From assembly GCA_963825865.1 (NCBI GenBank), contig CAWGVG010000018.1, forward strand, positions 11,132-75,131: DNA of 64,000 nucleotides, given 5' to 3'. Source of the DNA: an uncultured Nitrososphaeraceae archaeon. GTDB taxonomy: Archaea > Thermoproteota > Nitrososphaeria > Nitrososphaerales > Nitrososphaeraceae. The translations under genes were made by a program, and so were the position numbers. The first letter of the stretch is position 1, and each line of letters opens with the position of its first letter. The notes beneath the pieces were generated by a model. The model did not search any database. It was not told the DNA's origin and saw only the letters and a list, made by a program, of their open reading frames with translations. Below are positions 12,174 through 22,465 of this stretch, one piece after another.

Positions 12174-12881
12174 TTGTCTTTGGCTAACAAAAGATTTACT
12201 CTGATGGGCATAATTGCTATAATAGTCATCATGTCATTGCTCACTTCTAAATTAGCAGTACCATTAGCACATGCGGGAAGATCTAACAGGCGTTCAGGGA
12301 TTGGTAGTTTTCTACCTATTCCAGACAACCTAATCACACCACCTAATCAAAGTCCCTCTGTTCCTTCTAATGCAATAGCAGGCAGCGCTATTCCAAAAAA
12401 TCTTATAAATGGACCATCATGTTCTACTAGTTGCCCACCAATAATTGGTACTGACAAGGATGATATCATTTATGGTGTACCCACAACTGATGCCACTATA
12501 TATGGTCTAAAAGGCGATGACGTTATAACAGGAGGACCTGGTAATTCTAAATTATATGGTGGAGATGGTAACGACGAAATTAATGGAGGTACTGGAAATG
12601 CTCTAATGGTTGGTGGAGAAGGAGATGATGTCCTCATTGGGGGAAGTGGAAATAATATCATTGTAGGTGGACCGGGAAACGATCAGCTATTTGCTGGGAC
12701 TGGTTCTGATACTTTGATAGGCGGACCAGGTGCAGACTTTTTTAATTGTGGTTCACAAACAGGTACTGGAGGTTCGCCATCATCTGCTGTGATACTAGAC
12801 TTTAACCCAGGTGATGGAGATACCAAGTCAAGCAATTGCAAATATGTGTTTACAGCAAGTGGAGCTCCAGCAAGCCCCTGA
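12174..12881 (+). CDS. Exported calcium-binding protein with hemolysin-type (RTX) repeats
   Basis: N-terminal signal peptide; tandem GGxGxD nonapeptides (GGDGNDEIN, GGEGDDVLI, GGPGNDQLF, GGPGADFFN). Confidence 0.8.
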   Translation: MSLANKRFTLMGIIAIIVIMSLLTSKLAVPLAHAGRSNRRSGIGSFLPIPDNLITPPNQSPSVPSNAIAGSAIPKNLINGPSCSTSCPPIIGTDKDDIIYGVPTTDATIYGLKGDDVITGGPGNSKLYGGDGNDEINGGTGNALMVGGEGDDVLIGGSGNNIIVGGPGNDQLFAGTGSDTLIGGPGADFFNCGSQTGTGGSPSSAVILDFNPGDGDTKSSNCKYVFTASGAPASP

Positions 12882-13254
12882 CTAACCCATATCTATCTAG
12901 AGTGGATTTTAAACGACAAATAATAATTCCGGTTCGCAATAAAATATGGAGAAGTATATGAAACTGCACCGCCACCGCCTATTTTAGTCACAAAATTGGC
13001 ATTATTGTAATATGAATATTGGGTATGATGAAGTTAAAAAACAGCAAGATGCAAGAATGGTTGATGTTATGACGTTCCTTTACAGGTACAGGTACATAAC
13101 AACGCTCGAACTGCTTAGCTATGAGACTCAAATTTGGTGAGAGATAATTTGAATTGTTAAAGTGAGAGGATCTAGATATATTCATTGAAAATACTACAAT
13201 CAGAGTGGATAGTAATAAAACTGACCAGATGTGAAGTTTGGATTACTTAACTAC

Positions 13255-13609
13255 TCAATTCCTATTCATATTTCTAGTTCCAAATTCAAATGTAGATCCA
13301 CTTGAACTATAGTCAAATTTGTAAACTTCATTATTAGCAATTGGCAGTGATTCTACTTTGGCATTATCGCAGGCAGGACATTTAGAGACTGTTTTACCGT
13401 CGTCATTTAACAAATAAGTTGCACACCAAAAACAGGCTTCACATAGTAGAAAAAGTTAATTTTGATGGCTTGCAGTATCTTTTACATTACTTTATATGAG
13501 CTGTATTCGGATTATAGCTAATTCTACTTGCAATATTGTTATCAGTATTATTATTGTAACCTGCGTGATAGGATGAGGAATAGTTCATAGCTCTTTTCTC
13601 AAGTAACAT
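13255..13609 (-). pseudogene. Small zinc-finger protein (CxxCFWC...CPxC), frameshifted
   Basis: Manual translation MLLEKRAMN...|FLLCEACFWCATYLLNDDGKTVSKCPACDNAKVESLPIANNEVYKFDY; paralog at 30781..31043. Confidence 0.6.
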
Positions 13610-13646
13610 TAGCACAATGTTTAGCAAATGGCTAATAAGCTTGAAT

Positions 13647-13657
13647 TAACCATGTTA
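13647..13657. promoter_or_regulatory. TAAC-N3-GTTA palindrome (TAACCATGTTA)
   Basis: 38 nt upstream of the zinc-finger start, same offset as the copy at 31081. Confidence 0.5.
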
Positions 13658-13858
13658 ATCATTGCCTATATAATACAAAGTAGAAGAGAGAGGTAGCAAG
13701 GCAGGCCACTATTATTTATGCTCAACGGTTACTTGATGGTTCCTTGGAAAGTCTGAATCTGTTGTTTTTATGTGGTTTTTACAAAAGACAAAGATAAAGC
13801 TGAAATAAATTAGCAATCATTATATCACATTCTCATAATAATGTACACATAATTATTA

Positions 13859-14409
13859 ATGCCTAATTCCGCTGCACCTGTTGCTGACAATAGGAAAACT
13901 GTAACAATGACCTTTAGAGTAGATGAAGCCATCATGACTAAATTACGTCACGAATCAGAAAGAGAGAGATAAGCCTTAATACGCTTGTCAATCAAATTTT
14001 CAAGCACTTTGTAGAATGGGACGTGTTTGAATCTAAGGTTGGAATGATACCAATTGCAAGACCAATAGTAGTTGAACTTTTTGAAAAAATGACTGAAGAC
14101 GAAATAATTGACGTAGCAAAGCGGATTGGTAAGAATACTGTAAGAGATATAGCATTATTTATGAAAAATAAAGTAGAAATATACTCTTTCCTATCTTGGT
14201 TTGAAGCACGTATGAAAAGTTCTTTTTTAGAAATAAAACACGATATTGAAAATAATAATACTCATGTGTATATTGTGAAACACGATCTTGGAAAGAATTG
14301 GTCGTTATATCATAAGGCTGTTTTGGAATTAATTTTCATGGAGTTATTAGGACGGCCCATAGACGTAATTACAACGTCTACTACACTATCATTTAGAATC
14401 AAAGGATAA
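13859..14409 (+). pseudogene. Ribbon-helix-helix domain regulator with C-terminal ligand-binding-like domain, frameshifted at ~13965
   Basis: RKTVTMTFRVDEAIMTKLRHESERE|ISLNTLVNQIFKHFVEWD runs into ORF 14023..14409 (HDLGKNWSLY); shift lies in an AGAGAGAG run. Confidence 0.65.
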
Positions 14410-14494
14410 AAATTTCCATCCAGAATGATTGCAATTAATTGCAGTATACACCTATTCCATAAATAGTTCATTGAACTACAATCGCTGATAATAG

Positions 14495-14680
14495 TTGCCA
14501 ATTGGTTGCAAAGGAATTTGTACTCGACTTAAAATTTCAGGTGGAGGAGTGCAATCTATATATCACAGAGGATTTAAGAGATGTTCTGTTTGTTGTATAT
14601 ATATTAAATATGATGGTTCAAAATGTCCCTGTTGCGGCTACTCCCTTAATCAAAGAAAAGAAACAACAATAGTAAAATAG
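14495..14680 (+). CDS. Small Cys-rich zinc-finger protein
   Basis: CKGIC...KRCSVC...CPCCGYSL pattern. Confidence 0.6.
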   Translation: MPIGCKGICTRLKISGGGVQSIYHRGFKRCSVCCIYIKYDGSKCPCCGYSLNQRKETTIVK

Positions 14681-15014
14681 TAAAGCAATTGCAGGTAGCA
14701 CAATAATTACAAATTGACATTTCCCGATATGATAACTTTGTCTATTTGTCCCGTACGGATAGACGAAGCCTATCTTCTTGTAAGCCCAGAAGATAGCAGA
14801 ATAGATAACGATGATATGCCTACTCAACCATCGACAGAAGAAACAGTCACCGAGACTACACAGCTGTTGCAACAACAGAGAAAAAAGACAAAGCAAGCCT
14901 TCTCAAGAGAATCTTTGATTTTTAGAAAAGAAAGTCGAAGGCACAGATATAATATCATTTAAGTTTACTAAGCAATACCTAAAAATAGACATGGCCGCCA
15001 ACATGTAATAATCT

Positions 15015-15452
15015 TTAAAGGCTTTTATCTTCTATATTTATAGGCTTTGCAAACGAAAGCTGATATCCATCTGATTCTCGTATATGGAAATATCTTTCAC
15101 CCCATGGAGCATCTGTAGGTTCATTCTCAAAAGTTATTGTATTTGAGATGCCTTCATTGTTCTTGAAAAACGAATATAGTTCGTCTACATCTTCAGTGTG
15201 GAAAATTATCCTTCCAAAATGTCTTCTTGTATTATGCGCACTGTGATTATTACTGTTAAATATACTTAATTCCAGATTTAAATACATCTTAGTAGCGTAT
15301 TCGCCAATTTCACCAATTTCGTATGTAGTAAAAGTATCATCACTTGACCCACCATAAACTAACTTAAAACCTGGTATTTGAGAGTAAAAATTACAAGACC
15401 TCTCCATGTTTTTAATTATTAAAGTTACTGCAGAGATTTTGTATACTTTCAT
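15015..15452 (-). CDS. VOC / glyoxalase-family protein
   Basis: ISAVTL..MERSCNFY, IIFHTEDVDELY, PTDAPWGERYFHIRESDGYQLSF. Confidence 0.85.
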   Translation of the reverse strand: MKVYKISAVTLIIKNMERSCNFYSQIPGFKLVYGGSSDDTFTTYEIGEIGEYATKMYLNLELSIFNSNNHSAHNTRRHFGRIIFHTEDVDELYSFFKNNEGISNTITFENEPTDAPWGERYFHIRESDGYQLSFAKPINIEDKSL

Positions 15453-16158
15453 AGTTTTAAATTATACACAATTATAACTTACAGTCATTATAAAACTGCA
15501 GCTTTATACATCAGTGTAGTACAAAAGCTTAACTTTAAAATTTGACTCAATTTTGCCACCCATATTTAGAATTTATTTATAAAACGATAATACTAGGGAT
15601 ATACTTATTATATCAGATATATTTATCTACTTGATAGTAATATTTTGAATCTGTTAAATATTACTCAAACCCTCTTCTTAGCCGCGATATCCATATCCTG
15701 CTACATGATTGTAAGTATCTTTTTATCCAGACACCGTTCTACTTCCAAAACATGCCTGAGTGCTTTTCGCAGTGGTTGTTATCTTACTGTATATTATGAT
15801 GTATGACCTATTAAATCATAGTGTATTTGAACTTGTTATCTAGATCAGCACAAAGGAATCAGAAAAAATATTGGAGATGCAGTTTCAGACCCAGGAACTT
15901 CAGCAGGCCCCGCAGAGAATCTGCATAGGTATCTTCCTAAGTGACACCTATCATAGTATGCTTTGTTCGTGCCTATGCCATTATTACATTCTTGTATTAT
16001 AATCACCGAACTATATTCATCTGTTATCATAGTCTTGGGAATCCGCTTATTGCAGTAATTGAGAAATAATTACTACTATTTGCCATATTCAACTCACTTT
16101 AAGCAAAGGCTAACTAGTTAGTGTGTTTATATCAGAGTGAAATGTTAGCTAAGATACT

Positions 16159-16689
16159 ATGTATATTAGAAAACCATTGCTGATAATAGTAATAGTGGCG
16201 ATGGGAGTAGCGCTTGTCACAATGAGTGCTGGTCGTGGCGGCGGTCTGGTGACTTCAACTAGCAGTTCATCAGCTTTTGCACAAGGAGAGCAAAAGTTTA
16301 CTGCAAAAATGGCAGGTAAGGACGAAGTGCCACCAAAAGATACTAAGGCAAATGGAACTGCAGAATTTAACCTAAGTGCTGATGGAAATAAGATGACATA
16401 TGTGGTCAATGTTAAGAATATAGATAAAGTAACAATGGCACACATCCATAGCGGCAAAGTAGGGGAAAATGGACCTCCTGTAGTATGGCTATTCAACTCT
16501 ACAACGCCTAGCGGTCCGATGAATGGAATGTTGTCACAAGGGAATATCACAGCTACTGATTTGGTAGGACCGTTGAAGGGCAAACAGATGTCTGATCTAG
16601 TCAAGTTGATAAATGACGGCCAAGCATATGCTAATGTTCATACAGAACCTAATCCCAAAGGCGAAATACGCGGGCAAATATCTAAATAA
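16159..16689 (+). CDS. CHRD domain-containing exported protein
   Basis: Signal peptide; EVPP, AHIHSG..GENGP, YANVHT..NPKGEIRGQI. Confidence 0.9.
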   Translation: MYIRKPLLIIVIVAMGVALVTMSAGRGGGLVTSTSSSSAFAQGEQKFTAKMAGKDEVPPKDTKANGTAEFNLSADGNKMTYVVNVKNIDKVTMAHIHSGKVGENGPPVVWLFNSTTPSGPMNGMLSQGNITATDLVGPLKGKQMSDLVKLINDGQAYANVHTEPNPKGEIRGQISK

Positions 16690-17010
16690 CAACAATAGAT
16701 GAAATCTCCTTAATTTTTTTCTCAAACAATAGTTTTCTTCCTATAATTATTTCAACATCTTACGGAGATAAGCTCTGACATTATCGACGCAAGTTCCAAC
16801 AATATATCTACATTCAACGTAGCCAAAACAACCGCAAATGGTGAGTCTCCTAAACTCGAAACGGCAAATCAAGCGTATCGGTTACGGCATCTGATATGAA
16901 ATGAATTCGATCTTCCTAATTCAGTAAGCAACTTTGTTGAATATTATACAGAATAATAGAATTCATTCCACCTTTTTGTAGCGCATAGGAATACTCTATT
17001 ATAAGGTATA

Positions 17011-17241
17011 TTGTCTACAATTAACATATTGAAAAAAGGAAATGACATCTCATCTAAGAGCTTAATTTCAAAGCTTATTGAAAGCTGCAGAGGTGAACAA
17101 GATGTAGACAAGAAAATTCAGACTTTATATCATATAAATTCAATACTTCCTAAATCGCAAAAGCTAAAGATACCATCATTACTTACTGATGATTATGTTG
17201 AAACCGCCTTGTATAATGTCGAACAAACACAGATAATGTAG
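17011..17241 (+). CDS. Small hypothetical protein
   Basis: 76-aa ORF with protein-like composition (KIPSLLTDDYVETALY), TATA-like element upstream. Confidence 0.5.
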   Translation: MSTINILKKGNDISSKSLISKLIESCRGEQDVDKKIQTLYHINSILPKSQKLKIPSLLTDDYVETALYNVEQTQIM

Positions 17242-17751
17242 TAGACTTTAATGGACCAAATACATGTGAGTTGTCATATAAAGTCCTCCCTACTGCCCCG
17301 GCGTTGATAATACCAGGCATACGTCCCCTGATGTTAGAAAACTTGGGCGAGTGTTTCAGTTTCTCATAAATCATGATCAGGTCCTATATTGTATCTGGAT
17401 TTGGTAATGATCCTTCGGCCGTGATGCAATTACATCTTAACGTTATAGAATATATCAAAAACTCAACAAAATATAGGTTTATTTTTTGTCCGACGACAGA
17501 ATTATACTTTTTCAATTTGCTAACGGCACACTATTGGTTAACATAATCTATAGATACCTCCTTAAGTAAGCCATAACAAAAATTGTAAACTCATCTTAAT
17601 TCAAGGATAATTACTTTCTCTGGTCTTAATTAGGATAATATTTATAGCCAATATGAATAGTCTAGTTAGTTAGGCGAGCGAGCCACTTGGTCACCTCCTC
17701 ACTCGTTGGGAAGTACAAACAATCATACATTCTGAAATGTGTACCCGCTGC

Positions 17752-18092
17752 TTAACTGTGTGTTACTTTGTAATTTTTGTATTCAACCACTTTATTCATT
17801 TTATTTTGTTTCTTAGATTCCCTTGAAATCCATAGTAAAGTGGAAAGTGTGTAAGTAGGAATAAAGTCTCCAATAAATGGTATGAGTTCGATTGTGTTTA
17901 TAGCTGTAGATAATTTGCTTTTTGTTATGGAGTATAATAAACTAGTAGTAATAACGTCAAGTAGATCTCCAATAACTGGCATGTCAAAGAGCGGAGCAGC
18001 GAGGTAGTCTAATGCATCAGCTATGACAGATATCGTCATGGCCGGCCTGCGGCTTTGTGAATAAATGGTGCATGTTCACCTATTATTTGCAT
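17752..18092 (-). CDS. Small hydrophobic membrane protein; 5' end possibly frameshifted (ORF 17752..18039)
   Basis: PVIGDLLD and ELIPFIGDFIPTYT repeats; upstream ATG at 18092 lies ~27 nt from a TATA box. Confidence 0.6.
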
Positions 18093-18129
18093 ACTATCTG
18101 ATATATTATACCACATGTTTTATAAACAT

Positions 18130-18205
18130 ATCACTAGAGATATCAGTTGAATCACTAGCGATTTCTACATCATCACTACAGCTATTTGTGAATATCGCTA
18201 GCAAT
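18130..18205. repeat. Four phased copies of a 12-bp palindrome (consensus ATCRCTAGCGAT)
   Basis: Units ATCACTAGAGAT (18130), ATCACTAGCGAT (18151), ATCACTACAGCT (18172), ATCGCTAGCAAT (18194); spacing 21, 21, 22. Confidence 0.7.
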
Positions 18206-18842
18206 ATGTCGAATTGCTTATCAAATGCAAACAATTAATCTGTATTTAGTGAACCTAAATTATTAAGCCGGGACGTGAGTACAAAGATCTTGCTGATTTC
18301 CTTTTCTTTCAATAGGGTTTAGGTCACTAAGCGTTCTTTGATGAGTGGATTATGGGCAGACCTGCTTCAATAGCATACCTATAATAATTTTCATGATGAC
18401 CATTAGATTTTGTCTGTCATAATAACACTAAAAGGTACTGTTATGTGCAGCAAACATTCTATAAACTGAACATAACGAGTCAAGTAGCAAGTTTATAAAA
18501 TTTATACTCCAGTTCTGATTAGATTCTGGTTTTTACCAGCAATATTGTTTTTATTACTAACCTTTGCAGTGATACTACTATTATTAGTGTTACCTTTGAT
18601 TTGTTGTTTTTGTGAATCATTTATTGTTTCACCAAAAGCAGTTGGATTATGCATACCCTATGATTATATCACTAACTGAAACTATTACCCTGCAAGATAT
18701 AGATACAGCCAGTGAATGAAGGATACTTGGTGCAACAAATAGAATGCAGATGACAACAAAAATATTCATTGTCAATTTTCTACTTTGACTGTATATACTT
18801 TTAATGTACTAATCACAAAAATCGGCAACGACTGTATGGGGA

Positions 18843-19118
18843 GTGACCAATCCAGATGATATTGCTTGGATGAATGCTCGCTTATGTCCCATGCCGTGGC
18901 ATACTCACAATCAGTCTTTGAAGATCCAAAAAATACAAGCCAAGAAATTAGCCAGAAGATATGTCTGTTGTACTGATTTTAAAAATTTTCATTTTATGGC
19001 TCAAAGAGCAAAGTCAGAAGAAACGTGGGATTACTATGAACTAAGAACAGGTCATGATGTAATGATTATAGTTCCAAATGATCTAGTACGACTATTATTG
19101 CAAATATTGTTTAAGTAA
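18843..19118 (+). pseudogene. C-terminal fragment of an alpha/beta hydrolase (esterase)
   Basis: DIAWMNARLCPMP...ELRTGHDVMI.VP catalytic His region; nucleophile-bearing N-terminus absent. Confidence 0.6.
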
Positions 19119-19186
19119 TTGGTCACGGTAACATGTTAAAAGATAGAACATAAAGACTTTATCTCCTTCATTTACATTCTTTATTA

Positions 19187-20428
19187 TCAACAATTTAAAA
19201 TACATTCATCATATCGATTTTCTATAACTAGTCTTGACATCTGTACTGCGCTACGTATGGTTTTTTCTATATCTTGATTTATTTGTTGACTATTTTGCAT
19301 TTTATCATAGTTGTTCTCGGTATCCTCAGCATACCAACCCCTACTCCAACCTACAAATGGAAATTTTCCAAACACAAAACCCAGCTGGGACCAGAATGTC
19401 ATGAGTTCTCCGGATACGTGCTGGATGTTGTCCTGGCCTCCAGTGACTATGAAAGCAGCAACTTTATCTCGAATTAGGTAAGTATCATGAGTGGTAGCTT
19501 GATTTTGTACACAGTTCATTCTTTGAACCATTTGATAATATAGAGAACTGGCACTACCCCATCGTATTGGTGTAGCTATAATTACTACGTCTGCCCAAAT
19601 TATGACTTGTCGATATATTTCTATCATCTGATCCTCTTCATCCATCTCTGAGATCGAACATGGGAATATGCAGGCTTTAGCATTTTTAGAATAGTATCCC
19701 TCGCAGTGTTTGAAATTCAAGTCTCTAAGTTTTATCATTATCGTCTCTGCACAAAGTTTCCTCTTTGAGTAATCCAGAGCGTAAAGCAAGGCCCTCTCTG
19801 AAGTACTTTTACGTGGTGCAACCTTATCATTTGCATTAGTAGTCGATATTCCTAATACTTTTATCTTCTTAATAGGGACTTCAAGTCTCTTGTCTGCATC
19901 CATATGACTCAAGTATTCTTTAACCGATTTTTCCAATTCTGCATAGGCTTTATGCGGCTCTGTGACTCTATAGCCAACATTCGTAGGGATAGCATTTGCA
20001 TATATTTTATCATCGACTATCTTAATCTCATATGAATTGACGCTATCCCCTCCCTTATGTGAAGACTTACCATCAACAACAGAATACTTCCATCCATGCC
20101 AGGGACATGTTACAATTTTTCCTTCCAGTAGCCCCTTGCTAAGTGGCCCTCCTTTATGTTGACATGTATTCGATATACCATAATATTTTTCATCTACGTT
20201 AAATACAGCAATTTCAATTTTTGTTCCTTTTTTATTACTTATTGAAAAGCCTCTTGATTGACCAGGATGAATATCCTTTGCTAGGCATAGGCAATGAAAA
20301 TCTTCATTTCTATCACTATTATTATTACTATCATCATTATAATCAAATATTTTCTTCATATCTGTATTTTCCATGATTTTTTCGGAATAATAATAATCAT
20401 CATCAAACAACATATTGCAGTTTAGCAT
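19187..20428 (-). CDS. Rieske [2Fe-2S] domain fused to NADPH-dependent FMN reductase / iron-sulfur flavoprotein domain
   Basis: CQHKGGPL...CPWHGW Rieske motif; CEGYYSK..CIFPC and ADVVIIATPIRWG flavodoxin-like motifs. Confidence 0.85.
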   Translation of the reverse strand: MLNCNMLFDDDYYYSEKIMENTDMKKIFDYNDDSNNNSDRNEDFHCLCLAKDIHPGQSRGFSISNKKGTKIEIAVFNVDEKYYGISNTCQHKGGPLSKGLLEGKIVTCPWHGWKYSVVDGKSSHKGGDSVNSYEIKIVDDKIYANAIPTNVGYRVTEPHKAYAELEKSVKEYLSHMDADKRLEVPIKKIKVLGISTTNANDKVAPRKSTSERALLYALDYSKRKLCAETIMIKLRDLNFKHCEGYYSKNAKACIFPCSISEMDEEDQMIEIYRQVIIWADVVIIATPIRWGSASSLYYQMVQRMNCVQNQATTHDTYLIRDKVAAFIVTGGQDNIQHVSGELMTFWSQLGFVFGKFPFVGWSRGWYAEDTENNYDKMQNSQQINQDIEKTIRSAVQMSRLVIENRYDECILNC

Positions 20429-20858
20429 TTAAAAAATATTATGAAAAGGCTTAGCAATTAACTAGTCAGATGATTAGCAATTTAAGAGATTTGCAACGCA
20501 ATAGAGAAGAACAATACGATGTATATTAGAATATATGCAATCTTAAAATTCTCTGATCGAAGGTTAAATGAAAGACTTGAAAAGAACATAGTCAAAGAAA
20601 CAGCAGCATGTATCATGCCAGTCACCTTCAACCAAAAAGTGAGGCCCTTCGTCTATTAAGCCAATTTCAAAAGTACAGCTGCGACTGCTAATTGGAATAT
20701 ATCTAATAAATTCATCTTCGTAAATCGCCAGTATAGGTAGACCAGACGATAACGATGATTTTCGTGGGATAGGTCATGGTCTAGGTAGTCTAGGCAACTC
20801 GCATAATCATGTAGGATACAATCTACAAATCCTGCGTCAAGATTAATATACTATTATC

Positions 20859-21518
20859 TTATTGTCGTTCCAAGTTCCAAGATATAATTTCCTTTCGTAG
20901 CTGATTTAGAAACAATTCTATAAACGTAGTACACTGTACTGCTATCTCTTTTGCAGTTTTTGTATGCATAGTATTTTTTAATATCAACAATTTCTTTTTA
21001 ACATGATCTAGTGTCCACTGAGTATCATTTAATTCTCTATCTGTTTCACAAAATGGATCTGCTGGGTTATAAAGAGACCTATTCTCACTTCCACCAACAC
21101 TAAAAGTTCTGGCTATCCCGATTGCACCTATTGCATCCAATCTGTCAGCATCCTGCAAGATTTTCCCTTCCAAAGTAGCAGGAGTTGATCTCTTTGAATA
21201 GCTATGGGTACGTATAGCATCGGCAACCCTTTCTATTTTTTCTGTAGGATATGAGTTGTATTGAAATAATATTTTCCGTGCCATCTCCGCGCTATCGTCT
21301 GCAGAATTTAAGGTTTTGCTACTTCGCTTCGGATAAACTACCAAATCATGCAATAGAGCAGCTGCAAGAACAATATCCGAATCAGCACCTTCTTCTTTCT
21401 TGTATATCATTTCAGCGTTACTATATACTCTTAGTATGTGTTGGAAATCATGAGCTGGAGATTGATTGCGAAGCAATGATTCTACTCTTCTCATTATTTG
21501 TTCTAAATTAATTGTCAT
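20859..21518 (-). CDS. HD-domain phosphohydrolase
   Basis: AHDFQHILRV, AALLHD, ILQDADRLDAIGAIGIAR. Confidence 0.9.
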   Translation of the reverse strand: MTINLEQIMRRVESLLRNQSPAHDFQHILRVYSNAEMIYKKEEGADSDIVLAAALLHDLVVYPKRSSKTLNSADDSAEMARKILFQYNSYPTEKIERVADAIRTHSYSKRSTPATLEGKILQDADRLDAIGAIGIARTFSVGGSENRSLYNPADPFCETDRELNDTQWTLDHVKKKLLILKNTMHTKTAKEIAVQCTTFIELFLNQLRKEIISWNLERQ

Positions 21519-21795
21519 ATCTATTCTTGAAGAGATAGGATTATTTTATTTCAAGTATATAAAACAAACAGGTCATATCTGCATTGAGTTTTTCACGTAG
21601 AGTCCTCTTGTCTTGAAAATAAGTAATCAATCACATGACACTTTTGTTGCTGTAAGTATTCACAAAGTATAGGATATTAAAAGTATGATGAATACATTTG
21701 CGGCCTCGTAGAAAGGTGGTTTTTTCTAGGATGGTGGTTTTAGGATCGTGCAATTGAAAGAGCACAACGTGAAAAGTAATTGGCCATAATAGATC

Positions 21796-22160
21796 TCACT
21801 TTACTACCATTACAGCACAATGGGCATAAGATACAACACCAGATGCAACACTTCCTAGCAGTAATTTCTTTAAGCCTGACCTTCCTCTTGTTCCTATAAC
21901 AATTAAATCAATATTTTCCTTTTAGGCAAAGGCTACAATACCACCTACCGCAGATGTAGATGTAATCAATTTCGTTCTCAATTGAATTTTGTTGTTGTTG
22001 TTACTATCTTCATAATATTTTTCTCTTATTTTATCCATATACTTTTGAGCTTCATGTTTTATTTCATTTACATGGGTTGGTGGAACTGATCCAAATAGGG
22101 TTACATCGGATAGGATAACATGGAGCGCAACTAGCTCTGAATTGTATTTCCTAGCCGTTT
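21796..22160 (-). pseudogene. Universal stress protein (UspA), 5'-truncated with internal stop
   Basis: ARKYNSELVALHVI...[48 protein letters not shown]. Confidence 0.8.
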
Positions 22161-22465
22161 CAGGCTCCTTATTCCATCTCTGATCATCTTAGTTTTACAT
22201 GAATAAGCTTTTTCATCTTTTGTTTCGTCTACTTTATGGCACTAACTAGCAGCTAACGATATGCATGTAACTAATATTTTTTGTCATTACTAAGTTTAGT
22301 AGCCACTATTAGTAAAGATAAAATAAAGTCTACTGATTAAGTTAATAAACGTAGATCATAATAAGCAAATCATTGTTAAATCAGATATATATAATACTGA
22401 ACAGTTGCAGTATTTTGGCGGAACCAGATCGAGGCATGTGATAGTTTTTAATTGGCGTTATCATC

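Noticed and set aside
16149-16604. 151-aa minus-strand ORF, and similar antisense ORFs at 3356, 3810, 5988, 24934, 39206, 42474, 57201 and 60813
   Set aside because: They lie antisense to well-supported genes and have no recognisable motifs
18130-18205. CRISPR mini-array interpretation of the phased repeats
   Set aside because: Units are 12-16 bp with ~9-10 bp linkers, far too short, and no cas genes occur in the window
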